64,000 nucleotides of DNA from NCBI GenBank assembly GCA_963972065.1, contig CAXAVJ010000006.1, forward strand, positions 133 to 64,132, read 5' to 3'. This document shows, piece by piece, positions 54,499-64,000 of this stretch (positions are counted from its first letter, which is position 1; each line of letters starts with the position of its first letter). This stretch comes from an uncultured Rhodospirillaceae bacterium (GTDB taxonomy: Bacteria > Pseudomonadota > Alphaproteobacteria > Rhodospirillales > Casp-alpha2). The position numbers and the translations under genes were made by a program. A model generated the notes under the pieces. The model worked only from the letters and a program-made list of their open reading frames with translations. It did not search any database and was not told the origin of the DNA.

Positions 54499-57395
54499 CC
54501 GTCGATTACAAAGCCACGGTGTTTCTGCCTCAGACCGACTTTCCCATGAAGGCCGGTCTGGCCGCCAAGGAACCGGACATCATCCAAAAGTGGGAAGAGG
54601 TCGGCCTCTACCAGCTTCTGCGCGCGGACGCCCAGGGCCGCCCGCCCTTCGTGCTGCACGACGGTCCGCCCTACGCCAACGGCAACCTGCACATCGGCCA
54701 TGCCCTGAACAAGATCCTCAAGGACGTGATCGTGCGCGCCCAGCAGATGATGGGCAAGGACGCCAATTACGTGCCCGGCTGGGACTGCCACGGCCTGCCC
54801 ATCGAATGGAAGATCGAGGAACAGTACCGCGCCCAGGGAAAGGACAAGGACCAGGTGCCGGTCGTCGAATTCCGCCAGGAATGCCGCGATTTCGCCCAGC
54901 ATTGGATCGGCGTGCAGCGCGACGAGTTCAAGCGCTTAGGAGTCATCGGCGACTGGGCCAATCCCTACACCACCATGAGCTTCCCGGCGGAAGCGCAGAT
55001 CGTGCGCGAACTTCTGAAGTTCCTCGACAACGGATTGCTCTACCGGGGCTCCAAGCCGGTGATGTGGTCGGTGGTCGAAAAGACCGCCCTGGCCGAGGCC
55101 GAGGTCGAATACCACGACCATGAATCGGACACGATCTGGGTCAAGTTCCCGGTGGTCATGGGCGCCAACTCTCTAGTTGGGGCGTCGGTCGTGATCTGGA
55201 CGACGACCCCTTGGACCATCCCCGGCAACCGGGCGATCTGTTTCTCCAAGCGCATCTCCTATGGTCTTTATGAAGTCACCGAAGCACCCGACGGCAACTG
55301 GGCCAAGGCCGGCGACAGGCTGGTGCTCGCTGATGCGCTGGCGGAAAGCGTCATGGCCTCTGCGAAGGTTACAGAACATCTCCGCCTTTCTGATGTAGCC
55401 CCGGACGTCCTGGCTGGACTGACCTGCGCCCATCCCCTGCGCGGCATGGGCTATGAGTTCGATGTGCCGCTGCTGGACGGCGACCACGTCACGGAGGAAA
55501 CGGGCACGGGCTTCGTCCATACCGCCCCCGGCCACGGGCGCGAGGATTTCGAGGCCTGGACCGGGTCCGGAAAGTTTCTCGCCGAGCGCGGCATCGACAG
55601 CCACATCCCCTATACGGTCGACGCCGACGGCCGCTTCACCGCCGAGGCCCCCGGCTTCGAAGGCGGCCAGGTGATCACCGAGCACGGCAAGAAGGGCGAC
55701 GCCAACGACCGCGTCATCAAGGCCCTGGTCGCCGGCGGCAAGCTGATCGCGCGCGGACGCCTGAAGCACCAGTACCCCCATTCCTGGCGGTCCAAGAAGC
55801 CCGTCATCTTCCGCAACACGCCGCAGTGGTTCATCGCCATGGACCGGGATTTCGCCGTGCCGAACGGCGCCGGCCAGGCCAGCCTGCGCGACGTCGCCCT
55901 GGGCGCCATCGAGCAGACCCAGTTCGTGCCCGGCGGCGGACAGGCCCGCCTGCACGCCATGATCCAGAACCGCCCGGACTGGGTGATTTCCCGCCAGCGC
56001 GCCTGGGGCGTGCCGATCACCGTGTTCGTGCACAAGGAAACGGGCGAACTTCTCAACGATCCGGCGGTCAATGCCCGCATCGTCGACGCGGTCGAGGCCG
56101 AAGGCGCCGACGCCTGGTTCGCGTCCGAGCCCGCGCGCTTCCTCGGCAACGATTACAGCGCCGACGACTACGACCGGGTGATGGACATCCTCGACGTATG
56201 GTTCGATTCCGGATCGACCCATTCCTTCGTCCTGGAACACCGCGACGACCTCACCTGGCCCGCCGCTTTGTATCTGGAAGGCACGGATCAGCACCGCGGC
56301 TGGTTCCATTCAAGCCTGTTGGAATCCTGCGGCACCCGGGGACGCGCCCCCTATGACGCGGTGCTGACCCACGGCTTCGTCATGGCCGAGGACGGCCAGA
56401 AAATGTCCAAGTCGCTGGGCAACATCACGGCCCCGCAGGATGTGTGCAACCAGCACGGCGCCGACATTCTGCGCCTGTGGGTGGTGGGCTCGAACTATTC
56501 CGAGGACCTGCGCATCGGGCCGGAAATCGTCAAATTCCATGCCGACATCTACCGCCGGCTGCGCCACACGCCGCGCTATCTCCTGGGCAATCTGGACGGC
56601 TTCAACGCCGCTGAGCGCCTCGACCCGGCCGAGATGCCGGAACTGGAACGCTGGGTGCTGACCCGCCTGTGGCGGCTCGACAAAATGCTGCGCGGCGCCT
56701 GCGACAGTTTCGAATTCCACGGCGTGTTCACGGAACTGCACAATTTCTGCGCCGTCGACCTGTCGGCCTTCTATTTCGACATCCGCAAGGACACCCTGTA
56801 CTGCGACCGCGCCGATTCCATCGAACGCCGCGCCGCCCGCACGGTGCTGGACGAACTGTTCAACTGCCTGACCGCCTGGCTGGCGCCGTTCCTGTGCTTC
56901 ACGGCCGAGGAAGCCTGGCAGGCGCGCCTCGATCAGCCCGACGCCACCAACAGCGTCCACCGCCGCCAGTTCCCGACGATCCCCGACAACTGGAACGATG
57001 AAGCGCTGGAAGCCAAATGGCGCACCGTGCGCCAGGTCCGCCGCGCCGTGACCGGCGCGCTGGAGTTGGAGCGCGCGGAAAAGCGCATCGGCTCATCCCT
57101 ACAAGCCCATGTCACCGTCCATGTCACGGCGGAACAGGCGGCGGCCCTTGACGGCCTCGATCTGGCGCAAACCTTCATCACTTCGTCGGGCGAAATCACC
57201 ACCGCCCCGGCGCCCGAAGGCGCCTTCACCATGCCGGAAGCCCCCGGCGTCGCCGTCGTGCCGGTGCTGGCCACGGGCAAGAAGTGCGACCGCTGCTGGA
57301 AAGTGCTCGACGACGTGGGCACGGACGCGGACCATCCGACGGTCTGCACGCGCTGTGCCGACGCCGTGCGCCATTCGCCCCTGGCCGCTGAATAG
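54495..57395 (+). CDS. ileS: Isoleucine--tRNA ligase (type 1)
   Basis: [35 protein letters not shown]-terminal CDRC...CTRC zinc finger. Confidence 0.97.
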   Translation: MTVDYKATVFLPQTDFPMKAGLAAKEPDIIQKWEEVGLYQLLRADAQGRPPFVLHDGPPYANGNLHIGHALNKILKDVIVRAQQMMGKDANYVPGWDCHGLPIEWKIEEQYRAQGKDKDQVPVVEFRQECRDFAQHWIGVQRDEFKRLGVIGDWANPYTTMSFPAEAQIVRELLKFLDNGLLYRGSKPVMWSVVEKTALAEAEVEYHDHESDTIWVKFPVVMGANSLVGASVVIWTTTPWTIPGNRAICFSKRISYGLYEVTEAPDGNWAKAGDRLVLADALAESVMASAKVTEHLRLSDVAPDVLAGLTCAHPLRGMGYEFDVPLLDGDHVTEETGTGFVHTAPGHGREDFEAWTGSGKFLAERGIDSHIPYTVDADGRFTAEAPGFEGGQVITEHGKKGDANDRVIKALVAGGKLIARGRLKHQYPHSWRSKKPVIFRNTPQWFIAMDRDFAVPNGAGQASLRDVALGAIEQTQFVPGGGQARLHAMIQNRPDWVISRQRAWGVPITVFVHKETGELLNDPAVNARIVDAVEAEGADAWFASEPARFLGNDYSADDYDRVMDILDVWFDSGSTHSFVLEHRDDLTWPAALYLEGTDQHRGWFHSSLLESCGTRGRAPYDAVLTHGFVMAEDGQKMSKSLGNITAPQDVCNQHGADILRLWVVGSNYSEDLRIGPEIVKFHADIYRRLRHTPRYLLGNLDGFNAAERLDPAEMPELERWVLTRLWRLDKMLRGACDSFEFHGVFTELHNFCAVDLSAFYFDIRKDTLYCDRADSIERRAARTVLDELFNCLTAWLAPFLCFTAEEAWQARLDQPDATNSVHRRQFPTIPDNWNDEALEAKWRTVRQVRRAVTGALELERAEKRIGSSLQAHVTVHVTAEQAAALDGLDLAQTFITSSGEITTAPAPEGAFTMPEAPGVAVVPVLATGKKCDRCWKVLDDVGTDADHPTVCTRCADAVRHSPLAAE

Positions 57396-57413
57396 ACGGC
57401 AGGCGGCGGACCC

Positions 57414-57902
57414 TTGGCCGAGCCCCATATCACGCTACGCCGCCAGGGCCTGGGGCTTGCCTTCCTGGTCATCGTCCTCGACCAGATCACCAAGTGGTGG
57501 GTGCTGACCGACATCATGAACCCGCCCCGGGTTATTGAAGTCACGCCCTTCGCCAATCTGGTCCTGGTGTGGAATCGGGGCGTCAGTTTCGGCCTGTTCA
57601 ACACACAATCCGATTACGGGCCTTGGATTCTGGCCGCCGTGGCGGTCGGTGTTTCCGCCATTCTGGCGGTCTGGCTGTTCCGCGGGCCGGAACGCATCGT
57701 CGGCTGGGGAATCGGGCTGATCCTGGGGGGTGCCTTGGGCAATGTCATCGACCGCCTGGTCCATGGCGCCGTCGTCGATTTCGTCGATCTGCACGTGGCG
57801 GGCGCCCATTGGCCCGCTTTCAACGTCGCCGACAGCGCGATCACGGTCGGCGCGGTGCTTCTGATCCTTGATTCCTTGTTTCACCGGGATAAATCATCGT
57901 AG
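57414..57902 (+). CDS. lspA: Lipoprotein signal peptidase II
   Basis: LDQITK, WNRGVSFG, GGALGNVIDR, VVDF, AFNVADSAI. Confidence 0.95.
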   Translation: MAEPHITLRRQGLGLAFLVIVLDQITKWWVLTDIMNPPRVIEVTPFANLVLVWNRGVSFGLFNTQSDYGPWILAAVAVGVSAILAVWLFRGPERIVGWGIGLILGGALGNVIDRLVHGAVVDFVDLHVAGAHWPAFNVADSAITVGAVLLILDSLFHRDKSS

Positions 57903-57990
57903 ATTGGCACGCCTTGGCGGGGGCCGGAACGGTAACCCGTCCCATGGAAATCACCCTGGGGCACAACCTGTTGAGCATGAAACGGCGGGC

Positions 57991-58557
57991 ATGAAACGAC
58001 AAACAGCACGAACGACGGGCATTTTTCTGGTGCTGATGATGGCATTCAGCCTGGGTGCCTGCGATTCCGTGAAGCGCGCGATTTCCGGCGGCAAGAAGGC
58101 CCCTGACGAATTCGCCGTCTACAAGCGCCCGCCTTTGTCGCTGCCGCCCGATTATGCGCTGCGCCCGCCCGAGCCGGGACGCGAACAGCTTGAAACCTAC
58201 AGCCCGCGCGACCAGGCCCGCGCCGCCATGCTTCGCCGCCCGGTGCAGGCGCAGCCGCTTGCCGAAACCACGCCGGGCCTGACCGTGCTGATGGCCAAGA
58301 TGGGCACGGCCGATGCCGACCCCGCCATCCGCACGATCATCGACCAGGAAACGCTCGCGCTGTCCGAAGAGGACCGCCGCCTGATCGACAAGCTGATCTT
58401 CTGGGTCGACGACCCGAAATATTCGGGCACCGTGGTCGATCCGGCGGCCGAACAGCGCCGCCTGCTGGAAACCCAGGCGCTGGGCAAGCCGGTCAACGAA
58501 GGCAAGACGCCCGAGATCAAGCGCGAGACCCGCAAGAAGGGCATTCTCGGATTCTAG
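57991..58557 (+). CDS. DUF3035 family lipoprotein
   Basis: Lipobox LGAC; PDEFAV..RPPL.LPPD..LRPP.PG. Confidence 0.85.
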   Translation: MKRQTARTTGIFLVLMMAFSLGACDSVKRAISGGKKAPDEFAVYKRPPLSLPPDYALRPPEPGREQLETYSPRDQARAAMLRRPVQAQPLAETTPGLTVLMAKMGTADADPAIRTIIDQETLALSEEDRRLIDKLIFWVDDPKYSGTVVDPAAEQRRLLETQALGKPVNEGKTPEIKRETRKKGILGF

Positions 58558-58741
58558 CCGGAAGCCCGCAAAAAGCGCCTGTCCGCCTTGAAATCGCCGC
58601 GATCTCGACGACAATCTTCCCAAAGTCTATTCCCAGGGGCGTCCGCCGTTGCCCCAGGCGCCGTTCATCCCCATCTTTCAGGGACCCGCCACTCCGCATC
58701 CCGCCCGCTGACCGCAACCCGCAACAGGCCCTGATCCCGAC

Positions 58742-60130
58742 ATGTTCATGCCCCCCGCCTCTCGCCACCGGTCCGGTCGGCACTTCCGTCCGCTGATCGC
58801 CGCCCTGGCCCTGCTGACCGCCGCCCTGACCCTGAGCGCCACGCCGGCCTTGGCCAAGGTGTTCAGCCCGGAAACCTTCACCCTGAAGAACGGCATGCAG
58901 GTGGTCGTCGTGTCCAACCACCGCGCCCCCGTGGTCACCCATATGGTTTGGTACAAGGTCGGCTCCGCCGACGAAAGCTCCGGCTATTCGGGGATCGCGC
59001 ATTTCCTCGAACACCTGATGTTCAAGGGCACCAAGACGCGCAAGCCAGGCGAATTTTCCAAGCTGATCGCGCGTTACGGCGGCCAGGAAAACGCCTTCAC
59101 CTCCTTCGACTACACGGCCTATCACCAGACCATCGCCCGCGAACACCTGGAGATGGTCATGGAGATGGAGGCCGACCGCATGACCAACCTGACCCTGACC
59201 GACGCGATCATCGAGCCGGAACGCCAGGTGGTGCGCGAGGAGCGCCGGTCACGCACGGACAACAACCCGGCCGCGATCCTGGGCGAGCACGTATCCGAAG
59301 CGCTGTACCGCAATTATCCCTACCGGCGGCCGATCATCGGCTACGACCACGAGATCGTCGCCATGACCCGCCAGAACATCATCGATTTCTACAAACGCTG
59401 GTACGCGCCCAACAACGCGATCCTGGTGGTCGCCGGCGACATCACCGCCAAGGAACTGAAGCCGCTGGCGGAAAAATATTACGGCGCCGTTCCCGCCGCC
59501 GCCCCGATCATCCGCGCGCGCCCGGCCGAACCGCCGCAGGAAGCCGCGCGCATCGTCGCCATGCAGCATACCCAGGTCCGCCAGCCGTCGTGGCGCCGGT
59601 CCTACCTGGCCCCCAGCTATCTGTACGGCGAAACGCAGCACGCCTATGCCCTGCAGGTCCTGACCGAAATCCTGGGCGGCGGCGGCACATCGCGGATTTA
59701 CCGCAAGCTGGTCATCGACGACCGCAAGGCGGTCTCGGCGGGTTCCTATTACGACGCCGATTCCCTGGGCCCCAGCAGTTTCACCATCTACGGCAGCCCC
59801 CGGCCCGGCGTCACCCTGCCCGAGATCGAACAAGCCGTCGATGCCGAGCTTGACCGGATCGCAAAGGACGGCGTCACCAAGGACGAGGTCGCCCGCGCCA
59901 AGAAACGGCTGGTCGCGAGCGCCGTGTTCGCCCGCGATTCCTTCACCACCGGGGCGCGGACCCTGGGGGCAGCACTTGCCGTCGGGCGCAAGGTCGCCGA
60001 CGTGGAGGCCTGGCCCGACCGCATCACGGCGGTCACTGCCGAGGAAATCCAGGCCGCCGCCAAATACGTTTTCGTCAAGAAACGCTCGGTCACAGCCTTT
60101 CTCGTGGAAGATAAGGAGAAGCCGGAATGA
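58742..60130 (+). CDS. M16 family zinc peptidase (catalytic subunit)
   Basis: Inverted zinc motif HFLEH, NAFTS.D.T.Y, EER. Confidence 0.92.
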   Translation: MFMPPASRHRSGRHFRPLIAALALLTAALTLSATPALAKVFSPETFTLKNGMQVVVVSNHRAPVVTHMVWYKVGSADESSGYSGIAHFLEHLMFKGTKTRKPGEFSKLIARYGGQENAFTSFDYTAYHQTIAREHLEMVMEMEADRMTNLTLTDAIIEPERQVVREERRSRTDNNPAAILGEHVSEALYRNYPYRRPIIGYDHEIVAMTRQNIIDFYKRWYAPNNAILVVAGDITAKELKPLAEKYYGAVPAAAPIIRARPAEPPQEAARIVAMQHTQVRQPSWRRSYLAPSYLYGETQHAYALQVLTEILGGGGTSRIYRKLVIDDRKAVSAGSYYDADSLGPSSFTIYGSPRPGVTLPEIEQAVDAELDRIAKDGVTKDEVARAKKRLVASAVFARDSFTTGARTLGAALAVGRKVADVEAWPDRITAVTAEEIQAAAKYVFVKKRSVTAFLVEDKEKPE

Positions 60131-61458
60131 GCCGCCTTCTGTCCCGCACCGCCCTTGCCCTGGCGGCGGTCGTCTTCGTCCTCTACACCGTGCCGGCCAA
60201 GGCGACCCAGATCGAGCGCGTGGTCAGCCCCGGCGGGATCGAGGCCTGGCTGGTCGAGGATCACCTCAACCCCATCATCTCCCTGCATCTTGCCTTCCGC
60301 GGCGGCAGCGCCCTTGACCCCGAAGGCAAGGAAGGCCTGGCCAACATGGTCTCGACCCTGCTTGACGAAGGGGCCGGCGACTTGGACAGCAAGGCCTTCC
60401 AGCAGACGCTGGAGGACAAATCCATCACGCTGCGCTTCAGCGCCGCGCGCGACAGCTTTGGTGCGCGCGTCCAGGTATTGACCGAATACCGCGACCTGGC
60501 CTTCGACCTGCTGCGCCAGGCCATGACGAAACCGCGTTTCGACGCGGAACCCGTGTCGCGTCTGCGCGCCCAGCTTCTGGCCAACCTGCGCCATGAATCG
60601 GAAGACGCCGACGCCATCGCCGGCAAGACGTTGATGAAGACCCTCTATCCGGATCATCCCTACGGCCGCCCGACCGGTGGCACCCTGGAAAGCGTCGCCG
60701 CCATCCAGGTTGCCGACATGCGCGCCTTCGTCAAGGAACGGCTGGCCTTGGACACCCTGGCGATCGGCGTGGTCGGCGACATCACGGCCAAGGAACTGGC
60801 ACCGCTGCTCGACAAGACCTTCGGCGCCCTGCCCGCCAAGGCCGCCCCCTGGAAGATTGCGGAAGTGGCGCCCAAGGTCGCGGGCCGCACCATCGTCATC
60901 GAAAAGCCCCTGAAGCAAAGCAATATCCTGTTCGCCGACCGGGGCCTGATGCGCAAGGATCCGGATTTCTACACCGCCTATGTGATGAACCACATCCTGG
61001 GTGGCGGCGGATTCACTTCCCGTCTCTATACCGAAGTGCGGGAAAAGCGGGGCCTCGCCTATTCGGTCTATACCTACCTGCATCCCATGGACCGCTCCGC
61101 GATCTATGTCGGCGGCGCCGGCACGGCCAACGCGCGGGTCGCGGAAACCCTGAAGGTCGTCCGTGACGAATGGGCCAAACTGGCCAAGGACGGCGTGACC
61201 GAGGCCGAATTGACCGCCGCCAAGCAGTACCTGACCGGATCGTTCCCGCTGCGCTTCACGGCGACGGAGCGAATCGCGGCCATGCTGGTCGGCATGCAGA
61301 CGGAAGATTTGGGCATCGATTATCTGGACAAGCGCAACAGCTATATTGAGGCCGTGACACTCGACGATATCCGCCGCGTGGCCCGGAAACTCTTGCATCC
61401 GGACGACCTTACCGTCGTCGTCGTGGGCGAGCCCAAGGACGTCAAACCGACGCCTTAA
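60127..61458 (+). CDS. M16 family peptidase, non-catalytic partner
   Basis: Lacks HxxEH; Gly-rich ILGGGGFTSRL..EVREKRGLAY; ATGA-coupled. Confidence 0.9.
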   Translation: MSRLLSRTALALAAVVFVLYTVPAKATQIERVVSPGGIEAWLVEDHLNPIISLHLAFRGGSALDPEGKEGLANMVSTLLDEGAGDLDSKAFQQTLEDKSITLRFSAARDSFGARVQVLTEYRDLAFDLLRQAMTKPRFDAEPVSRLRAQLLANLRHESEDADAIAGKTLMKTLYPDHPYGRPTGGTLESVAAIQVADMRAFVKERLALDTLAIGVVGDITAKELAPLLDKTFGALPAKAAPWKIAEVAPKVAGRTIVIEKPLKQSNILFADRGLMRKDPDFYTAYVMNHILGGGGFTSRLYTEVREKRGLAYSVYTYLHPMDRSAIYVGGAGTANARVAETLKVVRDEWAKLAKDGVTEAELTAAKQYLTGSFPLRFTATERIAAMLVGMQTEDLGIDYLDKRNSYIEAVTLDDIRRVARKLLHPDDLTVVVVGEPKDVKPTP

Positions 61459-61534
61459 GCCCTGCCGTTGGCGATGCCGGAGACCGATGGTACTCTCGCC
61501 CGCGCAACGTCCCCCCGGAGGATCAGAGACCTTC

Positions 61535-63139
61535 ATGCCGCCCCCCGCCTCAACGCCGGCCTGGCAGGCGCTCGCCGACCATCACCGGGTGGCAGCGGGC
61601 AGCCATCTGCGTGACCTTCTCGGCGACGACAAGCGCACCAAGGCCCTGACCTTCGCCCTGAGGGGCCTGTGCCTGGACCTGTCCAAGAACCGCCTCACCC
61701 CGGATACCCTTGCCCTGCTGATCGCCCTGGCCGATGAACGCGGTGTGGCGGCCCGGCGGGATGCCATGGCCGCGGGAGAGGCGATCAACGCAACCGAAGA
61801 CCGCGCCGCCCTGCACATGGCGCTGCGCGCCCGGGCAGAAGACGGTTTCGCCGTCGGCGGCATGCCGGTCCATGGCGAGGTTCAGGCCGTGCTCGACCAC
61901 ATGGCGGACTTCGTCGCCGGGGTTGAAAGCGGCACCCGCACGGGTGCGACCGGAAAGCCTTTCACCGACGTCATCAACATCGGCATCGGCGGCTCGGACC
62001 AAGGTCCGCGCATTGCCTGTCGGGCCCTTGCCCCTTACCGGCGGCGCGGACTGACGCCCCGTTTCGTGTCCAACGTAGACGCCACGGACCTGACGGAGAC
62101 GCTTGAAACCTGCGACCCGGAAACCACCCTGGTTATCATCTCGTCCAAGACGTTTACGACCGCCGAGACCATGACCAACGCCATGACGGCGCGACGCTGG
62201 CTGACCGAGGCGTTGGGACCCGGCGCCGTTGCCAAGCACTTCTGTGCCGTCACCACCAACGACGACGCGGCGCGCGATTTCGGCATCGGCGACGACGCCC
62301 TGTTCGGGTTCTGGGACTGGGTCGGCGGGCGCTATTCGGTTTGGTCGGCGATCGGGCTGCCGCTGGCCCTGACGCTAGGCATGAACCTGTTCCGCGATTT
62401 TTTGGCGGGGGCCCGGGACATGGACCGCCATTTCCTGGAAACGCCACTGGCGGAAAACCTGCCCGTGCTGCTGGCGCTGGCCGGCATCTGGAATCGCAAT
62501 TTCGAAGGGGCCGCCGCCCATGCGGTGCTGCCCTACGACCAACTGCTGGACGGCCTGCCCGACTACCTGCAGCAGTTGGAAATGGAAAGCAACGGCAAGG
62601 CCGTCGATCGGAACGGCGCGCCCGTGGCCCAACCCACCGCCCCCGTCGTGTTCGGCCAGGCGGGCACCAACGGCCAGCATGCGTTCTATCAGCTGCTCCA
62701 TCAGGGCATGGACCTGATCTCCGCCGACTTCATCGCCGCCGTGGCGCCGGCCCATCCGGCGGGCGATCATCACGACAAGCTGCTGGCCAATTTCCTGGCT
62801 CAGCCGGCGGCCCTGGCGCTCGGCCGCAAGGCCGGGCCGGACGTGCCGCCGCACAAGCAGTTTTCCGGCAACCGGCCATCGACCACGATCCTGCTTGATC
62901 GGCTGGACCCGCGCACCTTCGGCATGCTGCTGGCGCTGTACGAGCACAAGGTGTTCGTCCAGGGCGTCATCTGGAACGTCAATTCCTTTGACCAGTTCGG
63001 GGTCGAGCTGGGCAAGGAGCTTGCCGGGCCGCTGACCAGGGCCCTTGCCCAGGGCGCGGACGCCCCGGGGCTGGATGCCTCGACCCGCAGCCTGCTCGCC
63101 CGCATTCGCCGGGTCCGGAGCGGCGGGGACGGTTCATGA
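61535..63139 (+). CDS. pgi: Glucose-6-phosphate isomerase
   Basis: [60 protein letters not shown]. Confidence 0.95.
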   Translation: MPPPASTPAWQALADHHRVAAGSHLRDLLGDDKRTKALTFALRGLCLDLSKNRLTPDTLALLIALADERGVAARRDAMAAGEAINATEDRAALHMALRARAEDGFAVGGMPVHGEVQAVLDHMADFVAGVESGTRTGATGKPFTDVINIGIGGSDQGPRIACRALAPYRRRGLTPRFVSNVDATDLTETLETCDPETTLVIISSKTFTTAETMTNAMTARRWLTEALGPGAVAKHFCAVTTNDDAARDFGIGDDALFGFWDWVGGRYSVWSAIGLPLALTLGMNLFRDFLAGARDMDRHFLETPLAENLPVLLALAGIWNRNFEGAAAHAVLPYDQLLDGLPDYLQQLEMESNGKAVDRNGAPVAQPTAPVVFGQAGTNGQHAFYQLLHQGMDLISADFIAAVAPAHPAGDHHDKLLANFLAQPAALALGRKAGPDVPPHKQFSGNRPSTTILLDRLDPRTFGMLLALYEHKVFVQGVIWNVNSFDQFGVELGKELAGPLTRALAQGADAPGLDASTRSLLARIRRVRSGGDGS

Positions 63140-64000
63140 TCAATCCCCCCGTTATCCGCCGCCTGCCGGAGACCGTGGTCAACCGCATCGCCGCCGGCGA
63201 GGTGGTGGAACGCCCGGCCTCGGCGGTGAAGGAACTGGTCGAAAACGCCATCGACGCCGGCGCCAGACGCATCGAAGTCGTGATTCGCGACGGCGGGCAG
63301 ACGGCGATCACCGTGACCGACGACGGCTGCGGCATGACCCCCGATGAAATCCAACTGGCGCTGGAACGCCACGCCACGTCGAAACTGCCCGACGACGACC
63401 TGATGGCCGTGTCCACCCTGGGGTTCAGGGGCGAGGCCCTGCCCTCCATGGCCGCCGTCGCGCGCATGACCATTACCTCGCGCCCAGAGGGCGCCGAGCA
63501 AGCCTGGGCCGTCACGGTCGAAGGCGGCGGTCCCGCCAAGGCCCAGCCCGCCGCCCATCCCCACGGCACCCGGGTCGACGTACGCGACCTATTTTATGCC
63601 ACGCCGGCCCGACTCAAATTCCTCAAGGCCGCGCGCACGGAACAGAACCATGTGGTCGAAACCCTGAACCGCCTAGCCATGGCCCATCCGGAAATCGCCT
63701 TCACCCTGTCCGACGGCACCCGCGACCTGATCAAGCTGAACGCCGTCACCCCGCGCCTGGGCGACGATGCGTCCGCGGCGCGCCTGGAACGCCTGGCCGG
63801 CATCATGGGCCGCCCCTTCGCCGACAACGCCATGACCATCGACGCGGTCCGCGAGGGCATCCGGCTTTCCGGCCATGCCGGGGTGCCGACCCTGAACCGC
63901 GGCAACGCCGCCATGCAGTTCCTGTTCGTCAACGGCCGGCCCGTGCGCGACCGCCTGCTGCTGGGTGCGGTCAGGGGGGCGTATCGGGAATTTTTGGCCT
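63136..64000 (+). CDS. mutL: DNA mismatch repair protein MutL (3'-truncated by window)
   Basis: [51 protein letters not shown]. Confidence 0.96.
   Translation, partial: MINPPVIRRLPETVVNRIAAGEVVERPASAVKELVENAIDAGARRIEVVIRDGGQTAITVTDDGCGMTPDEIQLALERHATSKLPDDDLMAVSTLGFRGEALPSMAAVARMTITSRPEGAEQAWAVTVEGGGPAKAQPAAHPHGTRVDVRDLFYATPARLKFLKAARTEQNHVVETLNRLAMAHPEIAFTLSDGTRDLIKLNAVTPRLGDDASAARLERLAGIMGRPFADNAMTIDAVREGIRLSGHAGVPTLNRGNAAMQFLFVNGRPVRDRLLLGAVRGAYREFLA

Noticed and set aside
57904-57922. Sigma-54-like TGGCACG upstream of the DUF3035 gene
   Set aside because: No TTGC at the required -12 position.
57975-57999. Short direct repeat GCATGAAACG x2 at the DUF3035 start
   Set aside because: Only 10 bp; could be chance or a trivial slippage, with no functional argument.
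58742-61458. Catalytic/non-catalytic M16 pair as a novelty
   Set aside because: Well-known alphaproteobacterial arrangement related to mitochondrial processing peptidase.
1-64000. CRISPR array, rRNA, IS transposase, prophage
   Set aside because: No regularly spaced repeat-spacer series, rRNA-like sequence, DDE/HUH transposase or phage structural genes were seen.

Overview
GC-rich alphaproteobacterial chromosome segment (gene content and order suggest Rhodospirillales; inference), mostly core housekeeping. It holds about 63 CDS, including argD-argF-hslO, recX, hemN, class II DAHP synthase, a PncB-like enzyme, nadE-cysS, coq7/dsbB, ribF-ileS-lspA, an M16 pair, pgi and a partial mutL, plus one tRNA-Leu(CAA). 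I saw no CRISPR array, rRNA, transposase or complete integrase. The most interesting items are: (1) a c-di-GMP enzyme (PAS-PAS-GGDEF-EAL) whose N-terminus is a lone PleC/DivJ-type histidine phosphotransfer (DHp) domain with no kinase ATPase domain; (2) AT-shifted, codon-atypical patches inside two essential aminoacyl-tRNA synthetase genes (cysS, ileS); (3) a 22-codon relic resembling the CimA/LeuA N-terminus just upstream of trmJ; (4) a protease / 7TM inactive transglutaminase / ATP-grasp peptide-tagging operon; (5) a stand-alone Cre-like recombinase core-binding domain; (6) an orphan OmpR-family regulator with phased direct repeats facing a small secreted protein; (7) several readable regulatory sites (CtrA, FnrL, PhaR-like, a possible argD attenuator) and three palindromic REP-like elements between convergent genes. 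All calls come from motif reading by eye. No database searches were run, so novelty is unverified.
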